Assembly: GCA_035254105.1 (NCBI GenBank)
Contig: DATFAZ010000153.1
Location: forward strand, 11,511 to 75,510
Length of the DNA stretch: 64,000 bases
Direction of reading: 5' to 3'
Source of the DNA: Noviherbaspirillum sp.
Lineage (GTDB): Bacteria > Pseudomonadota > Gammaproteobacteria > Burkholderiales > Burkholderiaceae_D
Position numbers and translations under genes: made by a program
Part shown: one piece after another, positions 42,137-52,460 of the stretch
Layout of the letters: each line of letters opens with the position of its first letter
How positions within the stretch are numbered: the stretch's first letter is position 1
Notes under the pieces: generated by a model
Databases searched by the model: none
Seen by the model: only the letters and a program-made list of their open reading frames with translations
Told to the model about the DNA's origin: nothing

Positions 42137-42203
42137 GCAAATCCGGTGGGGCGCAGACGTCCTTTCCTTTATCCGAAAGAACGTCACACCTTACCGGGTT
42201 TGC
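42137..42203. repeat. Long imperfect stem-loop between convergent gatB and wza-like genes
   Basis: GCAAATCCGGT/ACCGGGTTTGC outer stem and GACGTCCTTTC/GAAAGAACGTC inner stem. Confidence 0.55.
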
Positions 42204-42210
42204 GAGCTCC

Positions 42211-42894
42211 TTAAAAGAAGCTCTCGGGGATCACAAGAATATCTCCGGGACGCATCGGCAAGTTCGCCGAAATATCTCCGTCGCGCATAAGATCATTCAA
42301 TCGGACCGCAAGCTTCTGCTGCTGGCCACCGAATGAGCGAATCACACTCGCCTTATTACCGGAAGCAAATTCCGTCAATCCGCCCACGGCAATTACTACG
42401 TCCATCAGAGACATGCCTTCACGATACGGCAATGCCTGCGGTTTGGCGGCCTGCCCGATAACGCGGATCTGCTCGCCATAAGGCCCGACAAATCCAGTCA
42501 CGGTCACCGTAACAACCGGCTCCTGGATAAATTTTGCCAGCGCTTTTTCAATATCACGGGCCAGTTCTGTCGATGTTTTTCCACTGGCAGGCAAGTCTTC
42601 CACCAGTGGTGTCGTGATCTTTCCATCCGGCCGGACAGGAATAGTCAATGACACTTCCGGATGACGCCAGACGGAAATGATGACATTGTCCCCCGGGCCG
42701 ATCCGATATTCATGCCGGTAATTCTGTGCCTGATCTTCTGCTACCGGTGTATGCGTCGTACCGGCACATCCCACCATTAGGAAAACCGAACAGGCAAGTG
42801 CCAGCCATTTCAGCCAAGTCGCGGTATAGGCATGCAATAAATTCAATTGGAACTCCTGAGAATGATGAATTAGCACGGGCGCCCTGCCCTGCAT
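42211..42894 (-). CDS. Polysaccharide export lipoprotein (short Wza/OPX type), XrtA-system associated
   Basis: Lipobox MVGC, YRIGPGD, VRPDGKITTPLV, SLBB (AVGGLTEFA), ends IPESFF; true start may be downstream of 42894. Confidence 0.85.
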   Translation of the reverse strand: MQGRAPVLIHHSQEFQLNLLHAYTATWLKWLALACSVFLMVGCAGTTHTPVAEDQAQNYRHEYRIGPGDNVIISVWRHPEVSLTIPVRPDGKITTPLVEDLPASGKTSTELARDIEKALAKFIQEPVVTVTVTGFVGPYGEQIRVIGQAAKPQALPYREGMSLMDVVIAVGGLTEFASGNKASVIRSFGGQQQKLAVRLNDLMRDGDISANLPMRPGDILVIPESFF

Positions 42895-43042
42895 CGAGGA
42901 ATAGCCATTTCTTGCTATTCCCCGATCCGGCCTGGCGCTCGCTTAATAAGCCCTCGCCCGTCCGAATGAAAGGCCGCTGCAGGCCCAATTAAAGTTGCCA
43001 GGCAGCCATGCAATAAGTATTGCCAGCTGTCATGTTGGCACC

Positions 43043-43056
43043 TTGATAAATCTCAA
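43043..43056. promoter_or_regulatory. FNR-like box in the wza/prsT divergent region
   Basis: TTGAT-AAAT-CTCAA (perfect TTGA-N6-TCAA). Confidence 0.45.
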
Positions 43057-43262
43057 CGGAAACGTTTTCCTGCCGCGATGCACTTCAGTGCCTCGCATAA
43101 ACTCTTTGCCGATACCGCTAATAGGTATGAGAGAAGACAAGAATCGTTGTTTGCCGTAAGTGCAGAAATTTGGGAAGAGCCGTTAACGCGCAATCAGAAT
43201 AAAAAAGTGCCGCCAAAGATATCTGCATTTCCCAGGGACCGATACCAATATCAAGGAAAAGC

Positions 43263-46040
43263 ATGTTAATTATCCAGAACAAAAAATCAGCCAGCATCGC
43301 AATGGTGTCAGGGGCGATTCTGCTTGCTGCGGCACTCTCCGGTTGCAGCCAGCAAGTCACGGCGCAAAAGCTGGTATCCGAAGCCGCAGAGTACAAGCAG
43401 AAGGGGGATAACAAAGCGGCCATCATCCAGTTGAAAAACGCCTTGCAAAAAAATCCGGATGATTCTGAAGCGCGGTATCTCCTGGGTACGCTTTACAACG
43501 ACACCGGCGATCCGCAATCTGCAGAAAAGGAGTTGCGCAAGGCAATCAGCCTGGGCATGAGTTCAACCAAGGTCTTGCCGTCATTAGGTAAGGCGTTACT
43601 CATGCAAGGGCAATTTCAGAAACTTCTGGATGAAACGCATACGGCAGCACAAGACAATACCGAAATAGCTGTCCTGCGCGGCAATGCCTATCTCGCCCTA
43701 GGCCAGAATGCAGAAGCAAAAGAGGCGTTTGAACTGGCGCGAAAAAATAACGCTGACAATCCGGATGCGCTCATTGGCCTGGCGAAGCATGCAATGGCCA
43801 CAAAAAATCTTGATGTCGCAACCCAGCTTTCTGAGCAGGCAGTTACGAAAAATCCCGCCAATCTTGATGCATGGTTGTTCAAAGCCGACCTGCTTCGAGC
43901 GCAAGCTCAGATCGAGCCTGCGCTTGCAGCCTACGAGAAAGTGCTGGAATTAAAAAATGATCATGGTCCTGCGCGTATAGCGAAAGCCTCTATTGAAATC
44001 AGCAGAGGGAAATTCGACGCAGCCAAGGAAGATATTGCGGCTGCAAGAAAATCCAATCCGAAGGGCCTGATGGTTTATTACACCCAAGCCCTGCTCGATT
44101 TCAGGCAGCGTAATCTCCCAGCCGCTCTGGAATCACTGAATCAGGTACTGCGCGCTGCGCCCGACCATATGCCCAGCGTATTGCTGGCAGGAGCCGTGCA
44201 ACTTGACTTGGGCGCGACCCAGCAAGCCGAACAGCATTTGAAAAAATATCTGGAAAAGAACCCGGGTGACCTGTTTGCACGAAAGCTGCTGGCGACCGCC
44301 ATGCTAAAAAATGGGGATACGCAGCGTGCAGTCGATGTCCTGGCTGATGTGAACGATGAAGCGAAGAAGGACACTCAACTGCTTGTCCTTGCGGGCGAAT
44401 CCCAGATGCAGGCAAAGAACTTCAAGAAGGCGATCGAATATTTCGAGAAAGCCAGCACGCTTGCACCTGAAAACGCGATGATCCATACGGCGCTTGCCAA
44501 GAGCCAGTTAGGGCAAGGCGACAGTGTCAGTGCGGTCACGGAACTGGAAAAAGCAATGAATCTGGATCCGAAATCGTCCCAGGCCGGAATCATGCTCGTG
44601 ATGACCCACCTTCGCCAAAAGAATTACGACAAAGCGCTTGCAGCGGCGAAGACGCTGGAAAGCGCACAGCCCAAAGATCCGCAAGTGCACAATCTGAAAG
44701 GCTCCGTTTATCTGGCCAAGAAAGATATTGCTGCGGCACGCGCAAGCTTTGAACGCGCGCTCGCCCTACAGGCCGACAATTTGCCGGCTATAACAAATTT
44801 GGCACATCTCGACATGCAGGAGAAAAAACCGGAAGCGGCAAAAAAGCGCTTCGAAGCTTTCCTGGAAACCGATAAAAAAAATGTCCAGGCAATGACCGGA
44901 CTCGCCGGCATTGCCCTGTCTCAGGGTCGAACCGATGAAGCCACAGCCTGGCTTGAGCGCGCCAGCACGGAAAACCCGGATGCGCTTCCGCCAGCCTTGC
45001 TTCTTTCTGCCCACTATGTCCGTATTGGTCAAACACAAAAAGCTCTTACGCTCGCCCGAAAACTACAGGTAGCGAATCCCGGCAATCCTGAAGCTCTTGC
45101 AGCTCTGGCCCAGGCTCAGCTCGCCAGCAAAGACCAATCTGCTGCACTGGAAACATTCAACAAGCTCGCCGTAGCGGTGCCAACCTCCGCACAAGTGCAC
45201 TATCAAATCGCCTCGCTTCATGTAGCAATGAAGAACAAGGCTGCTGCAGAGGAATCGATAAAGAAGGCGTTGTCCTTAAAGCCGGACTATCTTGAAGCCC
45301 AGCTGGCACAAGCGGCTCTGGAAGCAAGCAAAGGCAATCATGCACAGGCGCTATCGATTGCCAGGAAGATTCAGCAGCAGCGCGAGAAGTCGCCTGCAGG
45401 CTACCTGCTGGAAGGTGACATGTTGATGGTGCAGAAAAAACCAGCGCTGGCGGTCAAACCTTATGAACAGGCTTTCGCCCTCGACAAGAATGGCTCGCTT
45501 CTTGTCAAATTGCACGCATCCCTCAGCCAGTCCGGCAAAGGCAAGGAAGCGGATTCCCGTCTGACGAACTGGCTAAGCGAGCACCCGGACGATACGCCTG
45601 CCCAGCTTTACCTCGCAACCGTTCATCTAATGAACGGCCGGAATGCTACCGCGATCAAGCATTTTCAAATCGTGACGCAACATGATCCCAAGAATATTGC
45701 TGCCCTCAATAATCTGGCATGGGCGTATCACCAGGAAAAAAATCCGGCAGCGCTAGAGTTTGCGGAAAAGGCCTACCAGATCGATGCAAAGAATCCAGCC
45801 GTTCTGGATACGCTGGGATGGATATTGGTTGAACAGGGCAAGGTGCCGCGTGGCGTACCTCTCCTGCAAAAGGCTGTTGAGCTCGCACCGGAGTCCATGG
45901 ATATCCGCTATCACCTTGCGCTTGGCCTCATCAAGTCAGGAGACAAGGCGACTGCACGTAGTGAACTTCAGCGCCTACTCTCGCTAGGCAAGGAGTTCGC
46001 CCAGGAAAAGGAAGTACGCGCCTTGCTCGCGCAGCTCTGA
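43263..46040 (+). CDS. prsT: PEP-CTERM system TPR-repeat lipoprotein PrsT
   Basis: Lipobox LSGC, AAIIQLKNALQKNP..EARYLLG, many TPRs, LNNLAW and VLDTLGWIL near the C-terminus; 925 aa. Confidence 0.88.
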   Translation: MLIIQNKKSASIAMVSGAILLAAALSGCSQQVTAQKLVSEAAEYKQKGDNKAAIIQLKNALQKNPDDSEARYLLGTLYNDTGDPQSAEKELRKAISLGMSSTKVLPSLGKALLMQGQFQKLLDETHTAAQDNTEIAVLRGNAYLALGQNAEAKEAFELARKNNADNPDALIGLAKHAMATKNLDVATQLSEQAVTKNPANLDAWLFKADLLRAQAQIEPALAAYEKVLELKNDHGPARIAKASIEISRGKFDAAKEDIAAARKSNPKGLMVYYTQALLDFRQRNLPAALESLNQVLRAAPDHMPSVLLAGAVQLDLGATQQAEQHLKKYLEKNPGDLFARKLLATAMLKNGDTQRAVDVLADVNDEAKKDTQLLVLAGESQMQAKNFKKAIEYFEKASTLAPENAMIHTALAKSQLGQGDSVSAVTELEKAMNLDPKSSQAGIMLVMTHLRQKNYDKALAAAKTLESAQPKDPQVHNLKGSVYLAKKDIAAARASFERALALQADNLPAITNLAHLDMQEKKPEAAKKRFEAFLETDKKNVQAMTGLAGIALSQGRTDEATAWLERASTENPDALPPALLLSAHYVRIGQTQKALTLARKLQVANPGNPEALAALAQAQLASKDQSAALETFNKLAVAVPTSAQVHYQIASLHVAMKNKAAAEESIKKALSLKPDYLEAQLAQAALEASKGNHAQALSIARKIQQQREKSPAGYLLEGDMLMVQKKPALAVKPYEQAFALDKNGSLLVKLHASLSQSGKGKEADSRLTNWLSEHPDDTPAQLYLATVHLMNGRNATAIKHFQIVTQHDPKNIAALNNLAWAYHQEKNPAALEFAEKAYQIDAKNPAVLDTLGWILVEQGKVPRGVPLLQKAVELAPESMDIRYHLALGLIKSGDKATARSELQRLLSLGKEFAQEKEVRALLAQL

Positions 46041-46364
46041 CCGCTGCATTTGCGCCAGAAAATTAAGAACTGTTGTGTTGGCATAAGCCGGCAACGGAGC
46101 TTAGTGTTGAATAAAGCGGCCTGACGGCCGCTGCCAAACCCGCAAAACGTGGATAACAACGCCGGCGCAAGCTTGCGAAACCGCGAACAATAGGTCTGCG
46201 TCGCAAGGCGCAAGGGACAGCGATACCGCCTTTTCAGGCCATCAGAAATCCCCCCGGTCTCTCTTGATTGAATCGCCGCCCAACCGCAACAAGGCGTCCC
46301 TTTGCGGGCGGCCCAACGCTGGGCGTCTGTAGCGCAACCGGCACTCAGTGGATCGCCACATTGA

Positions 46365-46438
46365 TGTCGGCTCTTCTTACATACACTTAGGCAGATTCAC
46401 GTAAGTGCTTGATTTTCCTGATTGGCACGGTTTCCGCT
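46365..46438 (+). promoter_or_regulatory. sigma54 promoter with enhancer and IHF site (PEP-CTERM-type cis element)
   Basis: TGT-N11-ACA 46365-46381; IHF consensus WATCAAN4TTR on the minus strand 46402-46414; TGGCACGGTTTCCGCT (GG-N10-GC) 46423-46438. Confidence 0.8.
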
Positions 46439-46494
46439 TTAGAGTGCCGGCAACACCAACTTTGTAGCATTTCCACTTTAAGGACGATCAATAA

Positions 46495-47235
46495 ATGAAA
46501 ACGATTAAATGTTTGATTGCTGGCGTTGCGCTAGTCGCTTCGGCTAGCGCGCTTGCAACGCCAGTGAATTTAGGAGGGGAATCTCCGGATCTGCAGACCG
46601 TCATCAACAACTTGTACACTGCTGCAGGCACCTCGCTGGCAAAGGCTCCTAATGTCAACACGAATCAGGTAGTTGAGTCAGGACAGTTCCAGATCGAAGC
46701 ATCGGGCGGATCAGTCTCCACCATGGTGATCGAAGTCGCCGGCAATGCAGGCACGAACACGTTCGGCATTTACGATGTCAGCAATCCGTCGAACTTCCTC
46801 CAGCTTTTCGCAGGCTCTGCGGCTTCTGGTGGGCTGTCGTTCCTGAGCGTGACTGACACCTTCCTGTTCTCGGTTGCCGGTGGCGGTAGCGCCCAGTTTA
46901 CGGGCCCGACGTTTGGCTATTATTTGGGAACCGCGGCTGGCCCGACGTTCTATTCCCAAGCCAGCCTGAACGGTGGCGATGATCATATGGTCGCATTCCA
47001 GGGCGATGGCGACCTCATCAAACTGCCGACCAGGCCCGCTGGCAAATGGGGTTCGTCGAGCTATATCCAGGCATGGGAAGATGTTGCCCTGGGCTCGTCC
47101 GACAGGGACTATCAGGACATGGTGGTCTACGTCGAGTCGGTGACTGCAGTTCCTGAACCGGGCACTGTCGCCCTGTTCGGACTGGCCGGACTGGGTCTGG
47201 CTCTTTCGCGCCGTCGTAAAGCAAGTAAAAAATAA
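46495..47235 (+). CDS. PEP-CTERM sorting-signal protein with DUF4114-like domain
   Basis: Signal peptide (ALA-T), WED...DRDYQDMVV motif, C-terminal VPEP-TM-RRRK. Confidence 0.93.
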   Translation: MKTIKCLIAGVALVASASALATPVNLGGESPDLQTVINNLYTAAGTSLAKAPNVNTNQVVESGQFQIEASGGSVSTMVIEVAGNAGTNTFGIYDVSNPSNFLQLFAGSAASGGLSFLSVTDTFLFSVAGGGSAQFTGPTFGYYLGTAAGPTFYSQASLNGGDDHMVAFQGDGDLIKLPTRPAGKWGSSSYIQAWEDVALGSSDRDYQDMVVYVESVTAVPEPGTVALFGLAGLGLALSRRRKASKK

Positions 47236-47265
47236 GACTGCAAACTGCCTCATACGAAGCATTTC

Positions 47266-47288
47266 AGCCCGCCTTGTGCGGGCTTTTT
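47266..47288 (+). terminator. Intrinsic terminator after the PEP-CTERM gene
   Basis: AGCCCGC-CTTGT-GCGGGCT followed by TTTT. Confidence 0.88.
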
Positions 47289-47404
47289 CGTTTCTCTACA
47301 AATCTCGAGGAGCAGCGCCAATTGCTGTTCCCATACCCGTTTGAGATTGTTCACTTCATCGGGAGAATTCCGGGTGATTCCCTTCAGCGCGGCGTTTGTT
47401 TCCG

Positions 47405-47418
47405 TTGACAAACATCAA
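47405..47418. promoter_or_regulatory. FNR-like box upstream of the EPS operon
   Basis: TTGAC-AAAC-ATCAA, one mismatch to TTGAT-N4-ATCAA, about 105 nt upstream of ATG 47524. Confidence 0.5.
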
Positions 47419-47523
47419 ATCTTACAATTTGGATACAAGTAACCTTGGTGTGCTCAAGAAGCCATAAAGAAATATTGCTGCTACGAAACGGCAATTGAAC
47501 CTTACCCCGGAGCGCTCGCCAAG

Positions 47524-49053
47524 ATGGAAGAACAACTCGCCCAGCTCATTTCGCATTTAAAGGGCATCTGGAAGTATCGCTGGCATGCCCTGGCAACGGC
47601 ATGGATCGTTGTCCTCTTGGGAGGCACAACTATTTTTCTTCTGCCGGACAGTTATCAGGCATCCGCGCGCGTGTTCGTCGATACGCAAAGCATTCTTAAA
47701 CCACTGCTGTCAGGGATGACCAACATCCCCAACGTGGAGCAACAGGTCGCCATCATGAATCGCACACTGTTGAGTCGTCCGAATATGGAGAGACTCTTGC
47801 GAATGGTGGACCTCGACATAAAAGCCAAAACGGCGAAAGAGCATGAAGAGCTGGTCGACGAACTAGCCAAACAAATCAAGCTGACCGGCACAGTTCGCGA
47901 CAATATTTATACCATCACCTACATTAATGAAAATCCGAAGCTGGCTAAGGATGTCGTTCAGTCCTTACTGACCATCTTTGTCGAAGGAAGTTTTGGAGAC
48001 AAGAAGAAAGAGTCTGCAAAAGCCGTCATATTCATCGATGAACAGATCAAAAGCTACGAGGAAAAATTAATTGCCGCGGAAAACTCTCTCAAGGAATTCA
48101 AACTGAAGAATGCGGGGCTGTTATCTGCGCAGGGCAGTGACTATGGCACCAAGCTGCTAGATACGACAGAGACGCTCAATCAGGCAAGGCTGGAGTTGCG
48201 CGAGGCTGAGCAAGCGCGCAATGCCATCCGAAGACAAATTACTGGTGAAGCGCCAGATCCAAAGACGGCATCGAGCGCACTGGCATTGGTGAATCCGGAA
48301 ATTGATTCACGCATCCAGACACTGAACAAAAACCTGGACTCACTTCAGACGCAATTCACCGATCAACATCCCGACATCGTTTCAACAAAGCGCCTGATCG
48401 CTCAGCTCGAAGCGCGCAAGGTGGAAGAATCGAAGCAAAAGAAGTACAACGCAGATCCCGGCGCCAACTATAGCCCAATGCTGCAGCAACTCAACGTCGC
48501 CCTGTCCGGGGCGGAAGCCAAGGTTGCCTCGATGGCGGCGCGGGTGGAGGAATACTCCGCTCGGGTCAATCGGCTGAAAGCATTGAACAATGCGATACCA
48601 GAAGTCGAAGCACAGTTGTCTCAGCTAAACCGCGACTACCAGATCAACAAGGAAAATTACGAAAAACTCCTTGGCCGACGCGAAGCGGCAAAACTGTCCG
48701 GAGATCTAACGGCCACAACGGAAATGATGTCATTCCGGGTAGTTGATCCGCCAATGGTTCCAATGACGCCTAACGGACCCAACCGAGCCAGGCTCTTTTC
48801 CTTGTTATTCGCAGGTGCGTTGGCCGTCGGGATTGCGTGCGCATTCCTGATGAGCAGGATCCGTCCGACATTCCTCACACAGTACAGCCTCAGAGAAGCG
48901 ACCGGTCTTCCGGTACTGGGTACCGTCTCGATGCAGTGGACAGACCTCGAAAAGAAAAGGCAGGCAAAAGACTTTTATGCATTTGGCCTGTCGTCCATCC
49001 TCCTGTTGCTGACGTTTGGGGGTGTTATGGCGCGGATGCTGTTAACCGCTTAA
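47524..49053 (+). CDS. Polysaccharide chain-length determinant / co-polymerase, XrtA system
   Basis: GIWKYRW, YQASARVFVDTQSILKPLL, long coiled coil, FTDQHPDIV, RVVDPP..P..PNR before TM2. Confidence 0.88.
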   Translation: MEEQLAQLISHLKGIWKYRWHALATAWIVVLLGGTTIFLLPDSYQASARVFVDTQSILKPLLSGMTNIPNVEQQVAIMNRTLLSRPNMERLLRMVDLDIKAKTAKEHEELVDELAKQIKLTGTVRDNIYTITYINENPKLAKDVVQSLLTIFVEGSFGDKKKESAKAVIFIDEQIKSYEEKLIAAENSLKEFKLKNAGLLSAQGSDYGTKLLDTTETLNQARLELREAEQARNAIRRQITGEAPDPKTASSALALVNPEIDSRIQTLNKNLDSLQTQFTDQHPDIVSTKRLIAQLEARKVEESKQKKYNADPGANYSPMLQQLNVALSGAEAKVASMAARVEEYSARVNRLKALNNAIPEVEAQLSQLNRDYQINKENYEKLLGRREAAKLSGDLTATTEMMSFRVVDPPMVPMTPNGPNRARLFSLLFAGALAVGIACAFLMSRIRPTFLTQYSLREATGLPVLGTVSMQWTDLEKKRQAKDFYAFGLSSILLLLTFGGVMARMLLTA

Positions 49054-49125
49054 AGAGAGTGCCCGAATGCACGGACTGAAGAACACTATTAGCAATAAGA
49101 ATCCGAATTCGGCCAGGGAGAAAGC

Positions 49126-50004
49126 GTGAGCATAATTGAAAAGGCAGCCAAGCGACTTGGCCAAGAAACTCAAGCGGTTGTACAAAGGCCGAATGCGGAA
49201 TTTCCTCCGAAGGAAACGACAAACGCGAATGAGAACGTCGCCATTTGTTTCCAAAACCACTCGGCAAGCAAACCGCCGCGGGTGGTCGCCCAGCAGGAGA
49301 TCAATCTCGCCCAACTGCACAAACTCGGCATGGTCACGCCAAATGGCGGACGCACCCAGGTTTCGGAAGAGTTCAGGTTCATCAAACGACCGCTAATAAA
49401 AAACGCGCCCCATCGTTCCGAGTCCGGCAACCCTGGCAACCTGATTATGGTTACCAGCTCTTTACCGGGAGAAGGGAAAACCTTCTGCGCAGTCAATCTC
49501 GCCATGAGCATCGCGATGGAAATGGATCGCACCGTTTTACTGGTTGATGCCGATGCAGCGCGCCCTTCCGTTTTACGGACGCTCGGCCTGCACTCGGATA
49601 CCGGGCTGATGGATGTTCTGCTCGATGACAGCCTTGATCTTGCGGATGTAATGATCAAAACAAACGTTGAAACCCTCAGCGTTCTACCCGCCGGGAAAAA
49701 TCATAAGCATGCGACCGAACTGCTCGCCAGTCAGTCGATGAGCAAGCTGCTCGTTCAGATCGCAAATCGCTATCCCGACCGTATTGTTATTTTCGATGCG
49801 CCACCATTACTCATTACAAGTGAAGCCCGTGTCCTCGCAAGCCAGATGGGACAGATTGTCATGGTGGTGGAAGCAGAAAAAACCACGCAAAACGCCCTCA
49901 AGGACGCCTTACGCAAAATCGGCACTTGCTCCAATGTCAGCCTGGTTTACAACAAGGGCAGGGATTTTCCCGAGGGAGAAAACTACAGCTACTACTATGG
50001 CTAA
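49126..50004 (+). CDS. Stand-alone BY-kinase (tyrosine autokinase), XrtA system
   Basis: GTG start, MSIIEKA, EEFRFIKRPL, Walker A GEGKT, LLVDAD, FDAPP, Tyr cluster YSYYYG. Confidence 0.9.
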   Translation: MSIIEKAAKRLGQETQAVVQRPNAEFPPKETTNANENVAICFQNHSASKPPRVVAQQEINLAQLHKLGMVTPNGGRTQVSEEFRFIKRPLIKNAPHRSESGNPGNLIMVTSSLPGEGKTFCAVNLAMSIAMEMDRTVLLVDADAARPSVLRTLGLHSDTGLMDVLLDDSLDLADVMIKTNVETLSVLPAGKNHKHATELLASQSMSKLLVQIANRYPDRIVIFDAPPLLITSEARVLASQMGQIVMVVEAEKTTQNALKDALRKIGTCSNVSLVYNKGRDFPEGENYSYYYG

Positions 50005-51544
50005 CACCTCCCGCTCCAGAAAATCCTGCCAGCGCTCATTTTCGACTGTCTGCACTGTTGCGTCGGTTGCGCTTGCATGTTCTCCCTATGCCCATGCAGC
50101 CGAATGGCGCATTTCGCCCGGCCTCGACCTCAGGGAAACCTATACGGACAACCTCGCCTTGGACACACCGGGCGCGGAGCAAAGCGATTTTGTCACGGAA
50201 GTTTCACCTCATCTCTCGCTAGTCGGCGAAGGACATCGCCTGAAATTCAATGCAATGTATGCCATGCGCCATTTCATGTATGCGCGCAGCGACAATGGTG
50301 CCACCACGCTTCATCAACTCAGCGCCGCTGCAAACGCGGAACTGCTCAGCAACCTGTTCTTTATGGACGGAAAAGCGTCTATCAGTCCGCAAAGCGTTTC
50401 CGCTTTCGGTCCGCAAGTAGCCGACCGCGGCAATGTCACAGACAACCGGGCAGAGGTAAAAACATTCAGCATCAGCCCGTACCTGCAACATCGTTTCGGC
50501 AGCGCAGCATCAACCGAATTGCGTTACACCCACGATTCCGTCAGCAGCGATGCCGGCGGCCTTTTAGACAGCCAGTCGGATCGAGTGCTGTTGCGCATGG
50601 ATAGCGGTGCCGCGTTTCGCACTATCCAGTGGGGCTGGCGCTACGATGACCAGAAAATTGATTATGACAACGCCGCACCTGTCGACATGCGAACTCTTTC
50701 CGGGAATGTGCGATACCTGATTTCACCACGGTTCAGTCTGGACGCTACAGCAGGCTACGAGAAGAACAATTACATCTCCATTGCAGAAAAACCGGAAGGA
50801 TCATTCTGGACGCTTGGCGCAACATGGGCGCCTTCAGAAAGAACAAGCCTCAGTGCGAGCGCCGGCAAACGCTATTTCGGTGATACCTGGTCTCTTGCCG
50901 CACACCATCGAACTCGCCTCACGAACTGGACCCTCGCCTACCATGAAGACATTACAACGGCACGCTCTCAGTTCCAGGTACCTGTAACGATTGATACGTC
51001 CGCATTCCTGAACCAGCTATGGAGCGCAAGCATTCCCGACCCGGTAGTCCGTCAACAATTCGTTGACGCATTCATCCGGGAGATGGCGCTTTCACCGACC
51101 CTATCGCAGCCTGTCAACAGTTTTACCAATCGTGTCTTTCTGCAAAAAAGCATACAAGCATCAGCGGCTTTTAGCGGTGTGCGAAATACCCTGGTTGTGA
51201 GCCTGTTCAGAACTTTGCGCGATCCACAATCGCCTCGGGGCGCAGATGTCATGGTTCCAGGCTCAATTGACGATGACACTAAGCAGGTCGGCGCCCAAGC
51301 AATGTGGAACGTGCAAATTACCCCGCGCACGCATGCCAATATCGGCACCGGATATACCCGTGTCACATCACGGACAACGGATCGGAAGGATGAGCAACTG
51401 ACGATGAGAGTCGGCCTGACACGGCAATTTCAACCCAAGTTAAAGGGCGGAATCGAAATGCGCCGGCTTGAGCAGAAAACCAATATTGGCCGCGGCGATA
51501 TACGTGAGAACGCCCTGACCGCTTTTCTTTCGTTGAGCTTCTGA
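49997..51544 (+). CDS. Outer-membrane beta-barrel protein, PEP-CTERM system associated
   Basis: Signal peptide AHA-AEW, ETYTDN, FVTEVSP, amphipathic strands, C-terminal Phe; position between kinase and ATPase. Confidence 0.82.
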   Translation: MANTSRSRKSCQRSFSTVCTVASVALACSPYAHAAEWRISPGLDLRETYTDNLALDTPGAEQSDFVTEVSPHLSLVGEGHRLKFNAMYAMRHFMYARSDNGATTLHQLSAAANAELLSNLFFMDGKASISPQSVSAFGPQVADRGNVTDNRAEVKTFSISPYLQHRFGSAASTELRYTHDSVSSDAGGLLDSQSDRVLLRMDSGAAFRTIQWGWRYDDQKIDYDNAAPVDMRTLSGNVRYLISPRFSLDATAGYEKNNYISIAEKPEGSFWTLGATWAPSERTSLSASAGKRYFGDTWSLAAHHRTRLTNWTLAYHEDITTARSQFQVPVTIDTSAFLNQLWSASIPDPVVRQQFVDAFIREMALSPTLSQPVNSFTNRVFLQKSIQASAAFSGVRNTLVVSLFRTLRDPQSPRGADVMVPGSIDDDTKQVGAQAMWNVQITPRTHANIGTGYTRVTSRTTDRKDEQLTMRVGLTRQFQPKLKGGIEMRRLEQKTNIGRGDIRENALTAFLSLSF

Positions 51545-51560
51545 CAGAGGCGGGCAAGCG

Positions 51561-52388
51561 ATGTACGAAACTTACTATGGCCTTCATGTCAAACCCTTTC
51601 AGCTGAAGCCGGATCCAAATTTTTTCTTCGGCAGCAAAGGCCATACGCGGGCAATGGCGTATCTGGAGTACGGCCTGTCGCATGGAGAGGGCTTCATTGT
51701 TGTGACCGGCGAAGTCGGCGCAGGAAAAACCACCTTGATGCGCAATCTTTTCCGCAAAATGGAATCGGAAAAAATCGTCGCTGCGCAAATAGTGAATACG
51801 CACCTTGATCCGGACGACATCTTGCGGATGGTCGCCGCGTCCTTTGGCCTCCCGTTCGAAAATGCAAATAAGGCGACGCTGCTTACGCGGCTGGAAGTCT
51901 TTCTTCAGCAGTGTGATCGGCAAGGAAAACGCGCATTACTCGTTGTGGATGAAGCGCAGAACCTGACGCCCCGCGTGGTTGAAGAGCTCCGCATGGTCTC
52001 CAATTTTCAAACGGAAGATAGGTGTTTGCTGCAAACCTTCCTTCTCGGGCAACCGGAGTTCAGACGAACCATGCTTAGTCCAGACATGGAACAACTGCGC
52101 CAGCGTGTTCTTGCAACCTATCATTTGGGACCAATGGATGCCTCCGAAACAAAAGCCTATATCACGCACCGGCTTGTGGTGTCAGGCTGGTCCGGCATTC
52201 CGGCACTGGACGAAGATGCTTTCTCTGCCATTTACGATTTCACAAGAGGGATTCCGCGAAAAATAAATACTCTCTGCGATCGCCTTTTTCTGATGGGCTA
52301 TCTGGAAGAACTCCGATATTTCGGAAGAGTTGAAGTCGATGCGGTGATAAAAGACATGCAGCAGGAATTTGATATTCCTCCAACATGA
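51561..52388 (+). CDS. ExeA-like AAA ATPase, XrtA/PEP-CTERM system
   Basis: MYETYYGL..KPFQLKPDP, GEVGAGKT, VVDEAQNL, LLGQPEF, GIPRKIN. Confidence 0.9.
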   Translation: MYETYYGLHVKPFQLKPDPNFFFGSKGHTRAMAYLEYGLSHGEGFIVVTGEVGAGKTTLMRNLFRKMESEKIVAAQIVNTHLDPDDILRMVAASFGLPFENANKATLLTRLEVFLQQCDRQGKRALLVVDEAQNLTPRVVEELRMVSNFQTEDRCLLQTFLLGQPEFRRTMLSPDMEQLRQRVLATYHLGPMDASETKAYITHRLVVSGWSGIPALDEDAFSAIYDFTRGIPRKINTLCDRLFLMGYLEELRYFGRVEVDAVIKDMQQEFDIPPT

Positions 52389-52460
52389 AAAAATCTGATG
52401 CTCAGTGCGCCGCCTTCTTACGGTAGTGCACTCTATTATTCGACTCGATGATAAACAAGC

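Noticed and set aside
43010-43025. sigma54-like site for the wza-like gene (minus strand TGGCAATACTTATTGC)
   Set aside because: GG-to-GC spacing is 11 nt, not the required 10
46882-46893. ops/RfaH-like GGCGGTAG
   Set aside because: Inside a CDS (Gly-Gly-Ser codons), lacks the downstream TG and is followed by a terminator
47405-47428. sigma70 promoter TTGACA...TACAAT
   Set aside because: Spacer is 12 nt; the TTGAC fits better as half of an FNR-like dyad
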